Below, piece after piece: positions 30,050-39,683 of a stretch of 64,000 nucleotides of DNA (position 1 is the first letter of the stretch; every line of letters begins with the position of its first letter). The notes under the pieces are model-generated. The model had not been told where the DNA came from. It saw nothing but the letters and a program-made list of their open reading frames with translations, and did no database searches. This stretch comes from a bacterium (GTDB lineage Bacteria; SM23-31), in assembly GCA_965249485.1 (NCBI GenBank), contig OZ252239.1:1344001-1408000 (forward strand). The letters are read 5' to 3'. The translations under genes and the position numbers were made by a program.

Positions 30050-31237
30050 ATGAAACTATTTTGTGTCATACTCTTAGTGCTGTTTCTCATTTTCCCGGCA
30101 CATCTATCTGCCCGACAAGACAATAATACAGAGGAACTGGTACAAATCCGTTCTGAAATTGAATCTTTCAAGCAGCAGTTGGCCGCAAACACGACTCAGG
30201 AAAAATCTCTTATTGAAAGTCTTCAAGAACTTGAGTACGAAATTTCGCTCCGTGAAAATCTAAAGCGTGAGTTGGAGAAGAGAGAAAATACACTTACATC
30301 ACAAATGCAGTCAAACTCGTCTCTTTTGAATACATTGTCAAATGATCTTCAACTAGTTCGGCAAGTATTCCGGAAACGTGCTGTCAATATGTATAAATAT
30401 TCTCGCTCCCGTTCTAAATTGAATTTTCTTTCGGCAGATTCATTTCAGAATCTCCCTTCACTGCTTAAATATTACACAATTCTTGCTGAGCGTGACAAAC
30501 GGATTCTTGTGGACATCAGCATGAAAACTGATGAAACGAAATTGGTTTCGGACAGGATTTTCAGTGACATTAATGAGCAATCCCGGCTAGTGCGGGACGT
30601 GCTAACAGAAGAGCGTATATTACAGGAAAAAATATCCGAACGTCAGCGACTTCTCTCGATTTTGCAGGCCGATAACAACAGTATGCGAGAAGCATTAGCC
30701 GGACGCCAAAAAGCAGAACAAGATATCATTGCTGCAATGACAGCAATTGTCGAAAATGACAGGAGTAGTGTTGTTTTTTCAGAAACAATTTCCGGAGAAC
30801 CATTTTCGCGGACAAAAGGCAAATTGCAATATCCTGCCAAAGGGACTATAGTATCACATTCGGGAATAGAAAAAAATTCAATGAAGAAGACTCAGACAGT
30901 TAATCACGGAATAGAAATTGTATCGGATTCCGATACAAGAGTCAGAGCTGTCTATGATGGAAGAATTGCACAGATAAAGTGGCTACCATGGTTTGGACAG
31001 ACTGTGTTCGTTCAACATACCGAAGGATATTACACGGTTTATGCGCGGTTATCCGATATAGTCGTTCATCCTGGCGATATAGTTACCCCACAGCAGTTGA
31101 TCGGAAATTTTGGACGGGGTATTACTTCATCACTCAATACCTTACACTTCCAGATATGGAAAGGATCGGAAACGCTTGATCCTGAAGAATGGCTTGTATC
31201 TTCTTACAGGAGAGTATCAGGAAATGAAGATGATTAA
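30050..31237 (+). CDS. envC: Murein hydrolase activator EnvC-like (coiled coil plus degenerate M23/LytM domain)
   Basis: Signal peptide, long coiled coil, KGKLQYPAKG, NHGIEI, YARL, LHFQI..DPEEWL. ftsEX lies nearby. Confidence 0.8.
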   Translation: MKLFCVILLVLFLIFPAHLSARQDNNTEELVQIRSEIESFKQQLAANTTQEKSLIESLQELEYEISLRENLKRELEKRENTLTSQMQSNSSLLNTLSNDLQLVRQVFRKRAVNMYKYSRSRSKLNFLSADSFQNLPSLLKYYTILAERDKRILVDISMKTDETKLVSDRIFSDINEQSRLVRDVLTEERILQEKISERQRLLSILQADNNSMREALAGRQKAEQDIIAAMTAIVENDRSSVVFSETISGEPFSRTKGKLQYPAKGTIVSHSGIEKNSMKKTQTVNHGIEIVSDSDTRVRAVYDGRIAQIKWLPWFGQTVFVQHTEGYYTVYARLSDIVVHPGDIVTPQQLIGNFGRGITSSLNTLHFQIWKGSETLDPEEWLVSSYRRVSGNEDD

Positions 31238-31320
31238 AAAAAAAAATAGCAAAAAATTAAGTTTGATAAGCGATTGCCGATAATAATACTGAGTCGCTTA
31301 TTGCCATAATAAACTCACCG

Positions 31321-31358
31321 TAAGCCGAACGGAGCAATCCGTTCGGCTTATCCTTTTA
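31321..31358 (+). terminator. Strong hairpin/terminator after envC
   Basis: taagccgaacgga-GCAA-tccgttcggctta, perfect 13-bp stem, followed by tcctttt. Confidence 0.7.
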
Positions 31359-31602
31359 TATACCTATCAACATTATACTTATCTGACGTTTTATCCCAGA
31401 AATTCTTAAATATCAGTATGTACAACACATACATACTCATCCACTGTAATACCAGTTACGTCCGGTAAACACTAACAACGAGCTTTCTACATTCAAAAAT
31501 ATAGTATGCTGTAGTATTTTCTGGAACTTTCTCACGGATAACCTGCTTATCAATAGAGAGAGTACGATACAAGAACAAACTAAATTAATTATTGGAGATA
31601 CT

Positions 31603-31797
31603 ATGGGAAAGGCCATGCTCACTGTTGTCATACGAGAAAACGAATCGTTTGATAAAGCAGTACGTAGATTTCAGACAGAGTGCAAGAAAGCGGGAATAAT
31701 TCAATCTGCACAACGGAAAATGTATTATGAGAAGCCGAGCCGGAAACGGTATTTGAGCAAAATAAAGTTAAAAAGTAGGAATGAAACACTTCACTAA
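31603..31797 (+). CDS. rpsU: 30S ribosomal protein bS21
   Basis: VVIRENESFDKAVRRF...KAGI...YYEKPS. Confidence 0.9.
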   Translation: MGKAMLTVVIRENESFDKAVRRFQTECKKAGIIQSAQRKMYYEKPSRKRYLSKIKLKSRNETLH

Positions 31798-31834
31798 TTT
31801 AAAGCGACCCGTTAGGGCGCTTTAAATTAGTGAA
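31790..31834. terminator. Long inverted repeat overlapping the rpsU stop
   Basis: ttcactaatttaaagcg / cgctttaaattagtgaa, perfect 17-bp arms, plus an inner ccc/ggg pairing. Confidence 0.65.
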
Positions 31835-31925
31835 TAAAGTTGATAGAAACTGCAATCGGAATTTCTATAAATATAGGATGTTCCGGAGTAAAATACTCTC
31901 AATATATATAAAAACCTTCAGGAAT

Positions 31926-32138
31926 TTACACATCGTCTGTGTCTTCATCTTCCCCGTCGTTCACATTGACGAGATCTAAACTGGCAGGAACGATTCCCTT
32001 TATCCAGAACATTTCTTTTCTTTTTGCTTCCTCTATAAGAATTTTCCACTCTTGAGAGCTTCTTTCGACTTTGACCGATTTGATCGGTTTAAGGCGTTTT
32101 CGAAGTCTGAGAGGTTGAGCAATATCTGAATCTTCCAT
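31926..32138 (-). CDS. Small hypothetical protein (basic N-half, acidic tail)
   Basis: 70-aa ORF with AAGGGGG RBS. No recognised motif. Confidence 0.5.
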   Translation of the reverse strand: MEDSDIAQPLRLRKRLKPIKSVKVERSSQEWKILIEEAKRKEMFWIKGIVPASLDLVNVNDGEDEDTDDV

Positions 32139-32363
32139 AATTACCCCCTTCATGTTGAAGTAATACACTTATTCATGCTTATTCCTATACTGAAAACTTA
32201 TTGCATAGTTCTTCAATATATTTTATAATTTCAGGTGATTTGTTATACTTTCGTCTGCTACTCGGTTTATCATGATATACACTACAAATAATTTAACTTA
32301 AGGCCATAAAATTTAGTGACCGAGTTGTTTAAAAATGTACAATATTGCACAAAGTGTCCAAAA

Positions 32364-32864
32364 TCAGGACAACGTAAGCTTTCCGAAAAGCAGATGCGCT
32401 ATATAGCCCGCTAACGGCGCAAGAAATATCATGCACACAAAACGAATTATAGCAAATTTCAGACCAAGAATTGACACTTTGAAAGGAATCCTGAACAGAC
32501 CGATAGTTGCCCATCCGGCAATATACGATACAATCGGTCCAATTCCGGCACCCGACTTGGTCACCATAAGCGCGATCGGGAAACAGACAAATGGGCCTCC
32601 CGGAGTTAACATGCCCGCACCGGAGGCGATAATAATACCTCTGAGTCCGCTTCCTGCACTAAACCAATTCGCAATTACTTCATCGGGAATTAATATGCGG
32701 ATGAGGCCTGATAACATAAATGACACAACCAATACCGGCAATATAGCTATCAGAGTTCGAAATCCTGATTCAACACCCATGAGAGGGAGGGTAGGGTCAC
32801 GCCGGTATGCGACAACTCCTAATACAATAACGACAAATGCTAATACAAAAAAAACTGTATCCAT
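32364..32864 (-). CDS. Predicted permease (DUF318/ArsP-like)
   Basis: Multiple TM helices, GLRGIIIASGAGMLTPGGPFVCFP. Confidence 0.75.
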   Translation of the reverse strand: MDTVFFVLAFVVIVLGVVAYRRDPTLPLMGVESGFRTLIAILPVLVVSFMLSGLIRILIPDEVIANWFSAGSGLRGIIIASGAGMLTPGGPFVCFPIALMVTKSGAGIGPIVSYIAGWATIGLFRIPFKVSILGLKFAIIRFVCMIFLAPLAGYIAHLLFGKLTLS

Positions 32865-33095
32865 CGATTTCCCCTTGAATATTTTCGGTGCTTTTTTCAA
32901 TTTCAACAAGATATTTCCTATAATTAGCAAACTTTTGATATGATAATGGCGCTGAAAATAGTAAATAATTACGTTTATTGCAATGAAAAGCTGGAAATAT
33001 TTATTACTTTTTTAGACATTTTTTTTTGCATATTGGCATGATAGAAGAAAAATACATATCTATCTGAATTAACAATTGTTTTGCGGAGATCATCC

Positions 33096-34631
33096 ATGAG
33101 TCCACTGAAAAGTACGGCATTGGGAATGAAAAAGCTGACGATTGATCAGCTGGTAACGACAGTACGGAATAAGATACCGGTCTCGCTTTCTCAAATGGCA
33201 GTATACAATATTGAGCGGTCATACAAACGGATTCTCAAATTTCTGGGATCCGATCAAATAATCTACGGATTAATGACAGGACTCGGTGGACTGAGTTCTG
33301 TCCGGATTCCCCCGGATAAAATTAAAACGTTGCAGCTCAATTTGATCAGAAGCCACTGCTGTGGAATGGGCGATCCGTTTCCTGAAGAAGTGGTGCGAAC
33401 TATTATGATCCTTCTTGTGCAAGGACTTGGCAAGGGTCATTCTGGATGCAGAAAAGTAGTTGTCGAGACACTAATAAAAATGGTTAATAAGGGTATTATT
33501 CCGATTGTACCCTCGCAGGGATCTTTAGGGGCAAGCGGCGATTTAATTCCGCTTGCACATATTGCAATAGTAATGATTGGAGAAGGTGAGGCAGTCTATA
33601 AAGGAAAAAGATACAGCGGTGCTGCAGCAATGAGAAAAGCAGGTATCCCGGTACTGACCTTAATCAATAGAGAGGGAGTTTCTCTCGTGAACGGCACCTA
33701 CGGTATGTCGGCATTAGGAGCTTTGACACAGAAGCGTGCCGATGAGTTGTGCAAACTGGCAGATATTGCAGCAGCAATGACACTTGAGGTTGTGTTGGGT
33801 TCGAGTACAGCAGTCAAAGATGAAATACACCGGCTTAAACCGCATCCCGGACAAATTGCAACAGCATCGAATATAAAGAGGCTCGTGAAAGACAGTGAGA
33901 TCATTGCGTCACATAAATTTTGCGACCGGGTACAGGATGCCTATTCACTCCGGTGTTCTCCGCAAGTGCATGGAGCAGTGAAAGATGCACTCCGGTATTC
34001 CCGGTCGGTTATGGAGATCGAAATCAATTCGGTAACCGACAATCCAATTGTTTTCGATGACGGTGTCATATCTGGGGGGAATTTTCATGGTCAACCGCTA
34101 GCAATCTCGCTCGATACACTCGGCATTGCTATAGTCGACCTTGGAAACATTTCGGAACGACGGATTGATAGACTCATGAATCCCGTATTGAGCGAACTAC
34201 CGGCATTTCTCTCGCCGGATGCGGGACTGAACTCGGGTTATATGATGGCGCACTATCTCGCTGCATCAATTTCGTTCGAAAACAGGGGGCTTGCAACGCC
34301 CGGCAGTATCGACTCTGTTCCGGTGTCTGCAAATAAAGAGGATTATAACTCAAATGGTATGTGGAGTGCACGAAAAGCTTGGAAAATAGTCGAAAACGCT
34401 GAGCGGATTATTGCGGTTGAACTTGTATGTGCTGCTCAGGCTGTCGATTTCCGCAGCGAGTACAAGCCGGGAAAAGGAACACAGGCGGCCTATCAAGTGA
34501 TCCGGTCAAAAGTGAAAATGCTGAAACAAGACCGGATAATCGGTAAGGATATTCAATCAGTCATCGGTCTGATCAGGTCAGGTGATCTGGTGCAAGCAGT
34601 AGAAAAGTCTGTTGGAAAACTGTCGCTTTAG
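33096..34631 (+). CDS. hutH: Histidine ammonia-lyase
   Basis: MIO-forming GASGDL, LIRSH (HAL-type SH), QDAYSLRC, SGGNFHG. Confidence 0.93.
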   Translation: MSPLKSTALGMKKLTIDQLVTTVRNKIPVSLSQMAVYNIERSYKRILKFLGSDQIIYGLMTGLGGLSSVRIPPDKIKTLQLNLIRSHCCGMGDPFPEEVVRTIMILLVQGLGKGHSGCRKVVVETLIKMVNKGIIPIVPSQGSLGASGDLIPLAHIAIVMIGEGEAVYKGKRYSGAAAMRKAGIPVLTLINREGVSLVNGTYGMSALGALTQKRADELCKLADIAAAMTLEVVLGSSTAVKDEIHRLKPHPGQIATASNIKRLVKDSEIIASHKFCDRVQDAYSLRCSPQVHGAVKDALRYSRSVMEIEINSVTDNPIVFDDGVISGGNFHGQPLAISLDTLGIAIVDLGNISERRIDRLMNPVLSELPAFLSPDAGLNSGYMMAHYLAASISFENRGLATPGSIDSVPVSANKEDYNSNGMWSARKAWKIVENAERIIAVELVCAAQAVDFRSEYKPGKGTQAAYQVIRSKVKMLKQDRIIGKDIQSVIGLIRSGDLVQAVEKSVGKLSL

Positions 34632-34658
34632 AAATTAATGCATTTTATTTAAGGAATT

Positions 34659-35654
34659 GTGACTATGGTAAAGAATATGAAAAACTGTTTTCGATTCACA
34701 TTACTTTTTTCTGCAGCGCTAAGTGTACTCTTGGTAATAGTTGCTTGCAGTGGTGACACAATTTCGGAAAATGGACAAGCAGCCGTCCCGATCGAAGCGG
34801 GATCACTCGATGTAAAATGGATTCACGGTTCCAATCCGTGTTCTGGGAATACAGATCCGCAGTTTCAGGTGCACCGGTATGCAGCAAACACCTATATACT
34901 TCGTCAGAACAAATGCGATTCCCGCCATGCACCATTCAGTTATTTGCTGTTTGGTGAGGAAAGAGCAATCCTTTTCGATACCGGCGCTGAGCTGGATTCC
35001 GGTGGAGGCAACAATGGATTGAAAAAAGTTGTGGATAAAATATTTGCTGAATGGAGTGCTGAACAGGGGAGAGCGATACCGCCGTTGACTGTGGCACATT
35101 TTCATAACCACTATGACCATCTCTACGCCGATCCGGAATTTAGTGTAGATGAAAACACAATTGTTGTCGGAACCGGCCCTGACAATGTCGCTGAATATTT
35201 CGGTATCTCCGATTGGCCCAATGAAACAGTTTATTTTGATCTCGGAAACCGGAATTTGACCGTTATTCCGATCCCCGGCCACACGGAAGACAGTATTACG
35301 ATATACGATCCATGGACGCATATTCTATTGACTGGTGATTCAGTCTATCCTGGACCGCTTTTTATTCCCGACTGGATGTCCTTCAAACAGAGTATCAATA
35401 AACTAGCTGCATTTGTTGAAGAACATTCTGTATCATACATTTTGGGCACCCATATCGAAATGACGACAACACCTGGTCAGGATTACAGTGGGACCTATGA
35501 ACCGAATGAACACGTTTTAGAACTCGGTGTCGAGCACCTATGGGAGCTGCGCGATTCACTCGAAAAGTTGGGTGATACGCCGATAAAAAAGATACACGAT
35601 GATTTTATCATCTTCCCACGCATATTTGACGAGGATGCATTCGGCCAAAATTAA
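34659..35654 (+). CDS. Metallo-beta-lactamase-fold hydrolase, probable lipoprotein
   Basis: Lipobox-like IVAC, HNHYDH, PGHT, TGDS, GTHIE. Confidence 0.85.
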   Translation: MTMVKNMKNCFRFTLLFSAALSVLLVIVACSGDTISENGQAAVPIEAGSLDVKWIHGSNPCSGNTDPQFQVHRYAANTYILRQNKCDSRHAPFSYLLFGEERAILFDTGAELDSGGGNNGLKKVVDKIFAEWSAEQGRAIPPLTVAHFHNHYDHLYADPEFSVDENTIVVGTGPDNVAEYFGISDWPNETVYFDLGNRNLTVIPIPGHTEDSITIYDPWTHILLTGDSVYPGPLFIPDWMSFKQSINKLAAFVEEHSVSYILGTHIEMTTTPGQDYSGTYEPNEHVLELGVEHLWELRDSLEKLGDTPIKKIHDDFIIFPRIFDEDAFGQN

Positions 35655-35730
35655 TTATGTATATAATGACTATAATCCGGGTTGCATGTTATTTGATTTT
35701 TATGTATCTTTGAAACGTGAAAACACAAAT

Positions 35731-35814
35731 GCCGGGGTGGTGAAATTGGTAGACGCGCTGGACTCAAAATCCAGTAGGAGCAATCCTGTGAGGGTTCGAG
35801 TCCCTCCTCCGGCA
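35731..35814 (+). tRNA. tRNA-Leu(CAA), CCA not encoded
   Basis: Acceptor gccgggg/ctccggc, D-loop aattggtagac, anticodon arm ctgga-ctCAAaa-tccag, long variable arm, T-arm gaggg-ttcgagt-ccctc. Confidence 0.97.
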
Positions 35815-35830
35815 CTGTAATAAAAACAAA

Positions 35831-35862
35831 GACTTAGGGTTCATTTCCTTAAGTCCTTTTTT
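35831..35862 (+). terminator. Terminator after tRNA-Leu
   Basis: gacttaggg/ccttaagtc stem followed by a T-run. Confidence 0.7.
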
Positions 35863-35972
35863 ATGTTAATAGATGTAGCCCCCAGCGCTATCCCCAGCAC
35901 AGATTAGGTATTCCAGTGATTATTTTAAATTAACAAGTCGTACAATATTTGATGATACTAAGGTGAGTATTC

Positions 35973-36111
35973 CCGACGTACCATTTCATTCTCGGACAAA
36001 TGTATCACTTTTATAATCCCTCGTGAAAATTTCTGAAAAATTTTAGGAATATATAGACTGTGCTTATGTGATAAGAAATCGTACAACCCGAGGAGCAGAA
36101 AACACTTGTAA
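35973..36111 (+). repeat. Intergenic repeat: arm A + core + arm B (copy A1)
   Basis: ccgacgtaccatttcattc...aatcgtacaacccgaggagcagaaaacacttgtaa. Aligns ungapped with 37878-37993 (94/116 identities by hand count). Confidence 0.9.
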
Positions 36112-36191
36112 TAGCATAGTACATACCGTATTATTGAACACAATGAATCTGATTTATACTGAAGACGTAAACATAATCAGGAGTTATACAA

Positions 36192-37757
36192 ATGAAAGCT
36201 CACTATAATTTTATAGCAAGTCTATTCTTAATATTCGCAGTAGTATCGTCCGTATCTGCACAGGAACCGGTCTACTGGGATGTTGTGGAAAAGATCATGG
36301 AAGAAGCATTTGAGAATTCCGACGTAATGGAAAATGCAAGCTGGCTGGTCGATGTTTTTGCGCCGCGGAATGCGAAATCACCCGGATATATTGCGTCCGC
36401 GGAATGGGCGAAAGAACGGTTAAAGGAATATGGTCTTTCGAACGCCGCTTTAGAACCGTATGAGTTCGGGGTCGGCTATGTGAACGAATATATCTCGGTC
36501 CATATGATGTCTCCCCAGTATATGCCGATCATTGCCTATCCGGCAACATGGTCTAAGGGTACCTATGGAAAGGTCAGAGGACAGGCAATCTATATCAATT
36601 TTGATGAGATCGCCTCTGAAGAGGACTTGGAACAGTACCGTGGCAGATTAAAAGATACGATCGTATTTACAAGGCCGAAACAGGAGATCACTCCGCTGTT
36701 TGATCCTCCTGCAACGAGATATACGGAAGAACAGCTCGATGAAATGGCAAAAATCCCTGTCGGTCCCAGCGCTACTGTAGAACGGGGGCGGAGGCCGCAG
36801 GGAGAGAGACTTTCACAGCAGAAAATCCTCGATTTTGTGTTTGGGGAGGGTGCGGCAGTAATTGTTCGGACCGATGGCAGGAATGATTTCGGGACCGTTG
36901 CGGTTCAGAATATCCGGTATACTATAGAAAACAAACTGTGGGAATTGGACGCGCCTTCTCCTCCGACCGAACTGGTTATGGCTGCGGAGCAGTATAACCG
37001 GATCCTGCGCATTCTTGAGAAAGGCATTCCTGTTGAGTTGGAAGTTGAGCTGAAAGTATCGTTTAACAGAGACGACATTAACGATTACAATGTCGTTGCT
37101 GAGATCCCCGGCACTGATTTGGCAGAGGAAATTGTCCTTGTGGGCGGGCATCTGCAGGCGAATCCTGCTGGCGGCGGTGCGGCGGATAATGCTGCAGGTG
37201 CGGTTATTGCCATGGAAACTGTACGAATTCTTAAGGCATTAGGGATCAAACCTCGTAGGACCATTCGAGTTGGCCTCTGGGGCGCTCACGAAATAGGATC
37301 GTTTGGTAACCGGAGCCATGTCCGCAACAACTTTGCCGACCTGAAAAATAAGGAATACAAAAAAGATTATCATAACCTTTCTGCGTATTTTATTGTCGAC
37401 CACGGTAGCGGTAAGATACGGGGTGTTTCCATCATGGGAAATGAAGTGATTCGGTCAATATTTGCCGAATGGATAAAACCGCTCAAAAACCTGGGTATGA
37501 CACATCTTTTCACGACTGGTATGGCTCGTGAAACATACCGTCCGATACACCGACGACCATACCTTGAAGTCGGCCTTCCAGGATTTTATTTTGTTCAGGA
37601 TAGAATGGATAGACGTCAATACCATTCTAATATGGATGTCTATGATAGGCTTGTTCCCGAGGACCTGATGGCGAATGTGGTCATCCTTGCTACTTTTGTG
37701 TATCATGCCGCCATGCGTGATGAAAAACTTCCCCGTTTTGCACCCCTGCCATGGTAA
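36192..37757 (+). CDS. Secreted M28 family (carboxypeptidase Q-like) peptidase homolog with altered active-site residues
   Basis: Signal peptide, NVVAEIPG, GGHLQA, ADNAAG, WGAHEIG, YHSNMD. Confidence 0.85.
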   Translation: MKAHYNFIASLFLIFAVVSSVSAQEPVYWDVVEKIMEEAFENSDVMENASWLVDVFAPRNAKSPGYIASAEWAKERLKEYGLSNAALEPYEFGVGYVNEYISVHMMSPQYMPIIAYPATWSKGTYGKVRGQAIYINFDEIASEEDLEQYRGRLKDTIVFTRPKQEITPLFDPPATRYTEEQLDEMAKIPVGPSATVERGRRPQGERLSQQKILDFVFGEGAAVIVRTDGRNDFGTVAVQNIRYTIENKLWELDAPSPPTELVMAAEQYNRILRILEKGIPVELEVELKVSFNRDDINDYNVVAEIPGTDLAEEIVLVGGHLQANPAGGGAADNAAGAVIAMETVRILKALGIKPRRTIRVGLWGAHEIGSFGNRSHVRNNFADLKNKEYKKDYHNLSAYFIVDHGSGKIRGVSIMGNEVIRSIFAEWIKPLKNLGMTHLFTTGMARETYRPIHRRPYLEVGLPGFYFVQDRMDRRQYHSNMDVYDRLVPEDLMANVVILATFVYHAAMRDEKLPRFAPLPW

Positions 37758-37797
37758 TGTGGCGATGAAGCTATTGAATGATAGCAGATCACCATTG

Positions 37798-37836
37798 AAA
37801 ACGTTAGCAAATCGTGCAGCACGAGGAGTAGAAAAT
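37798..37836 (+). repeat. Intergenic repeat: arm C + core + arm B
   Basis: aaaacgttagcaaatcgtgcagcacgaggagtagaaaat, similar to 41137 and 46258. Confidence 0.8.
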
Positions 37837-37877
37837 CATCTGATCTTAAATAAATAGATCAATCAATGTGACCAATT

Positions 37878-37993
37878 CCGACGTACCATTTCATTCCAGG
37901 ACACACCCATCATACTTATAACCCCTCGTGAAGATATATGAAAAATTTTGGGAATAGAAGGACTGTGTTTATCTGGTAAGTAATCGTACAGCC
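37878..37993 (+). repeat. Intergenic repeat: arm A + core (copy A2)
   Basis: ccgacgtaccatttcattccagg...taagtaatcgtacagcc. Confidence 0.9.
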
Positions 37994-38400
37994 TTAGCAT
38001 TTCAATATCATACTACCCCATCATAGTATGGATAGGAGTTCCGCCTTGTTACCATATAGCTACCGACACGTAGATTCTTTGGTTTGAGAAAAAAGATTAG
38101 AAGTATATACAAAATTATAGGTAGGATACTATTTTGCTTGATAGATAAAATCACACCTGAAAAAAATAATTAAGACATTACAAAAATTATCCGACCAATC
38201 TCCACTATATACGTAGTATATCTTGCAGATATTAGTATTATAAGAGGTTCAAGTCCTGTAAGGGTAAATAATACTTGAAAAAGCCACATGTAAATCTTAC
38301 CATTTATATTATAAGTTCCCATACAATCTAACCAATTATATCGCGTCTAAAAAAGCGTCATATATCAACACAATCCCAAATTGATCTCTAAAAGAGAATC

Positions 38401-38417
38401 GATATGGGGAATATCAG
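38401..38417 (+). repeat. 17-bp direct repeat GATATGGGGAATATCAG, left of the AKR gene
   Basis: Identical copy at 39535-39551. Confidence 0.9.
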
Positions 38418-38431
38418 AAGGAAGATATGAA

Positions 38432-39469
38432 ATGGAATACAGAGAATTGGGTCGTACAGGATTGAAAATTTCTCCAATATGTTTTGGTACGGATAATTTT
38501 GCCAATCCAACACCGGAGGAAGAGGCGAAAAAGATGATCGACCGGGCTTTGGATAGCGGTGTAAACCTTCTGGATACAGGCGACATTTATGCTGACGGTG
38601 AAGGAGAACGGATAATCGGACGGGCTCTGAAAGAAAGCGGCCGGCGCCAGCAAACGATCATTTCCACAAAGATAAATCCGGGTCAGATCGTTTCCGGACA
38701 AAAAATTGATATCCATAAACCAGGAGTTGATCCGAATGAGCGTGGTCACTCCAGATTCAGCATTATAAGAGCATGCGAGGATTCTCTCAAACGCCTTCAG
38801 ACCGATCATATCGATCTTTACCAGACGCACCGCCATGCACCCTATATTCCTTTCGAAGAAACGCTCGGCGCATTCGATGACCTTATCCGCGCAGGCAAGG
38901 TCCGGTATATCGGCTGTTCGACTCATCCTGCCTGGGCGGTAATGGAAGCGGTCATGGTAAGTAAGATGAATGGCTATGCCCAATATGTCTCGGAACAGCC
39001 GCCGTATAATTTGCTCGACCGGCGCATTGAAAACGAACTTATCCCAGTGTGCCAGAAATACGGGCTTGGCATCATTTCCTGGTCACCGCTAGCAATGGGT
39101 GTACTTGCAGGACGTTACAACGATGCTGCAAAATATCCCAAAGGGTCAAGAGCGGAACTCCGCGGTACTATATATGCCGAGCGTGTGACCGATCAGGGTA
39201 TTCGGGTGGGAGTTGAGTTCTTAAAATTAGCCAAAGATGCAGGTATTTCACCCGCACAGCTTGCACTGCTCTGGTGCAAAGACCAACCAGGGATAACAGC
39301 GCCTCTCATGGGGCCGCGAACCCTGGAACAACTTGAGCACTTCCTGCCCGTTCTTGAGATGAAACTGGACGATGATACACGAACAGCATGTGATGCATTG
39401 GTTCCTCCTGGGAGCGCAGTAGCAAGTTTTCATAACAGCGCCGACTGGATGAAAGCAAAAAATATTTGA
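38432..39469 (+). CDS. Aldo/keto reductase
   Basis: [48 protein letters not shown]. Confidence 0.95.
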   Translation: MEYRELGRTGLKISPICFGTDNFANPTPEEEAKKMIDRALDSGVNLLDTGDIYADGEGERIIGRALKESGRRQQTIISTKINPGQIVSGQKIDIHKPGVDPNERGHSRFSIIRACEDSLKRLQTDHIDLYQTHRHAPYIPFEETLGAFDDLIRAGKVRYIGCSTHPAWAVMEAVMVSKMNGYAQYVSEQPPYNLLDRRIENELIPVCQKYGLGIISWSPLAMGVLAGRYNDAAKYPKGSRAELRGTIYAERVTDQGIRVGVEFLKLAKDAGISPAQLALLWCKDQPGITAPLMGPRTLEQLEHFLPVLEMKLDDDTRTACDALVPPGSAVASFHNSADWMKAKNI

Positions 39470-39534
39470 TAATACCTGGTGTGCTCTCAAAAAATAAGTT
39501 TATTACGAGAGGGCTCAATCAATTTTAGAAGATT

Positions 39535-39551
39535 GATATGGGGAATATCAG
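39535..39551 (+). repeat. 17-bp direct repeat GATATGGGGAATATCAG, right of the AKR gene
   Basis: Identical to 38401-38417. Confidence 0.9.
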
Positions 39552-39683
39552 TATAACTATAAGGATGAGAAAGCCATGATATCTCTAATAATGTTTATTT
39601 GAATTTCATGCTAAGAATATTGCATGATAATTTTGTTATACTGGTCCATGGATTTATTTTTCAAAATATCAAAGGAGAGAAAT

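Noticed and set aside
30050..31237. Active M23 endopeptidase
   Set aside because: The zinc ligands are degenerate (HGIE, YARL, TLHF), as in EnvC.
32431..32943. 170-aa plus-strand ORF, and similar antisense ORFs such as 55243-55848 and 28846-29313
   Set aside because: These are shadow frames opposite hydrophobic membrane-protein genes, with no independent evidence.
35790..35814. Duplicated tRNA-Leu 3' end (attR) closing the island
   Set aside because: I found no second copy of ccctcctccggca in the window by eye, so the right boundary is undefined here.
35958..36143. 61-aa minus-strand ORF
   Set aside because: It lies over repeat arm A and has no RBS or motif, and the frame is not preserved in all copies.
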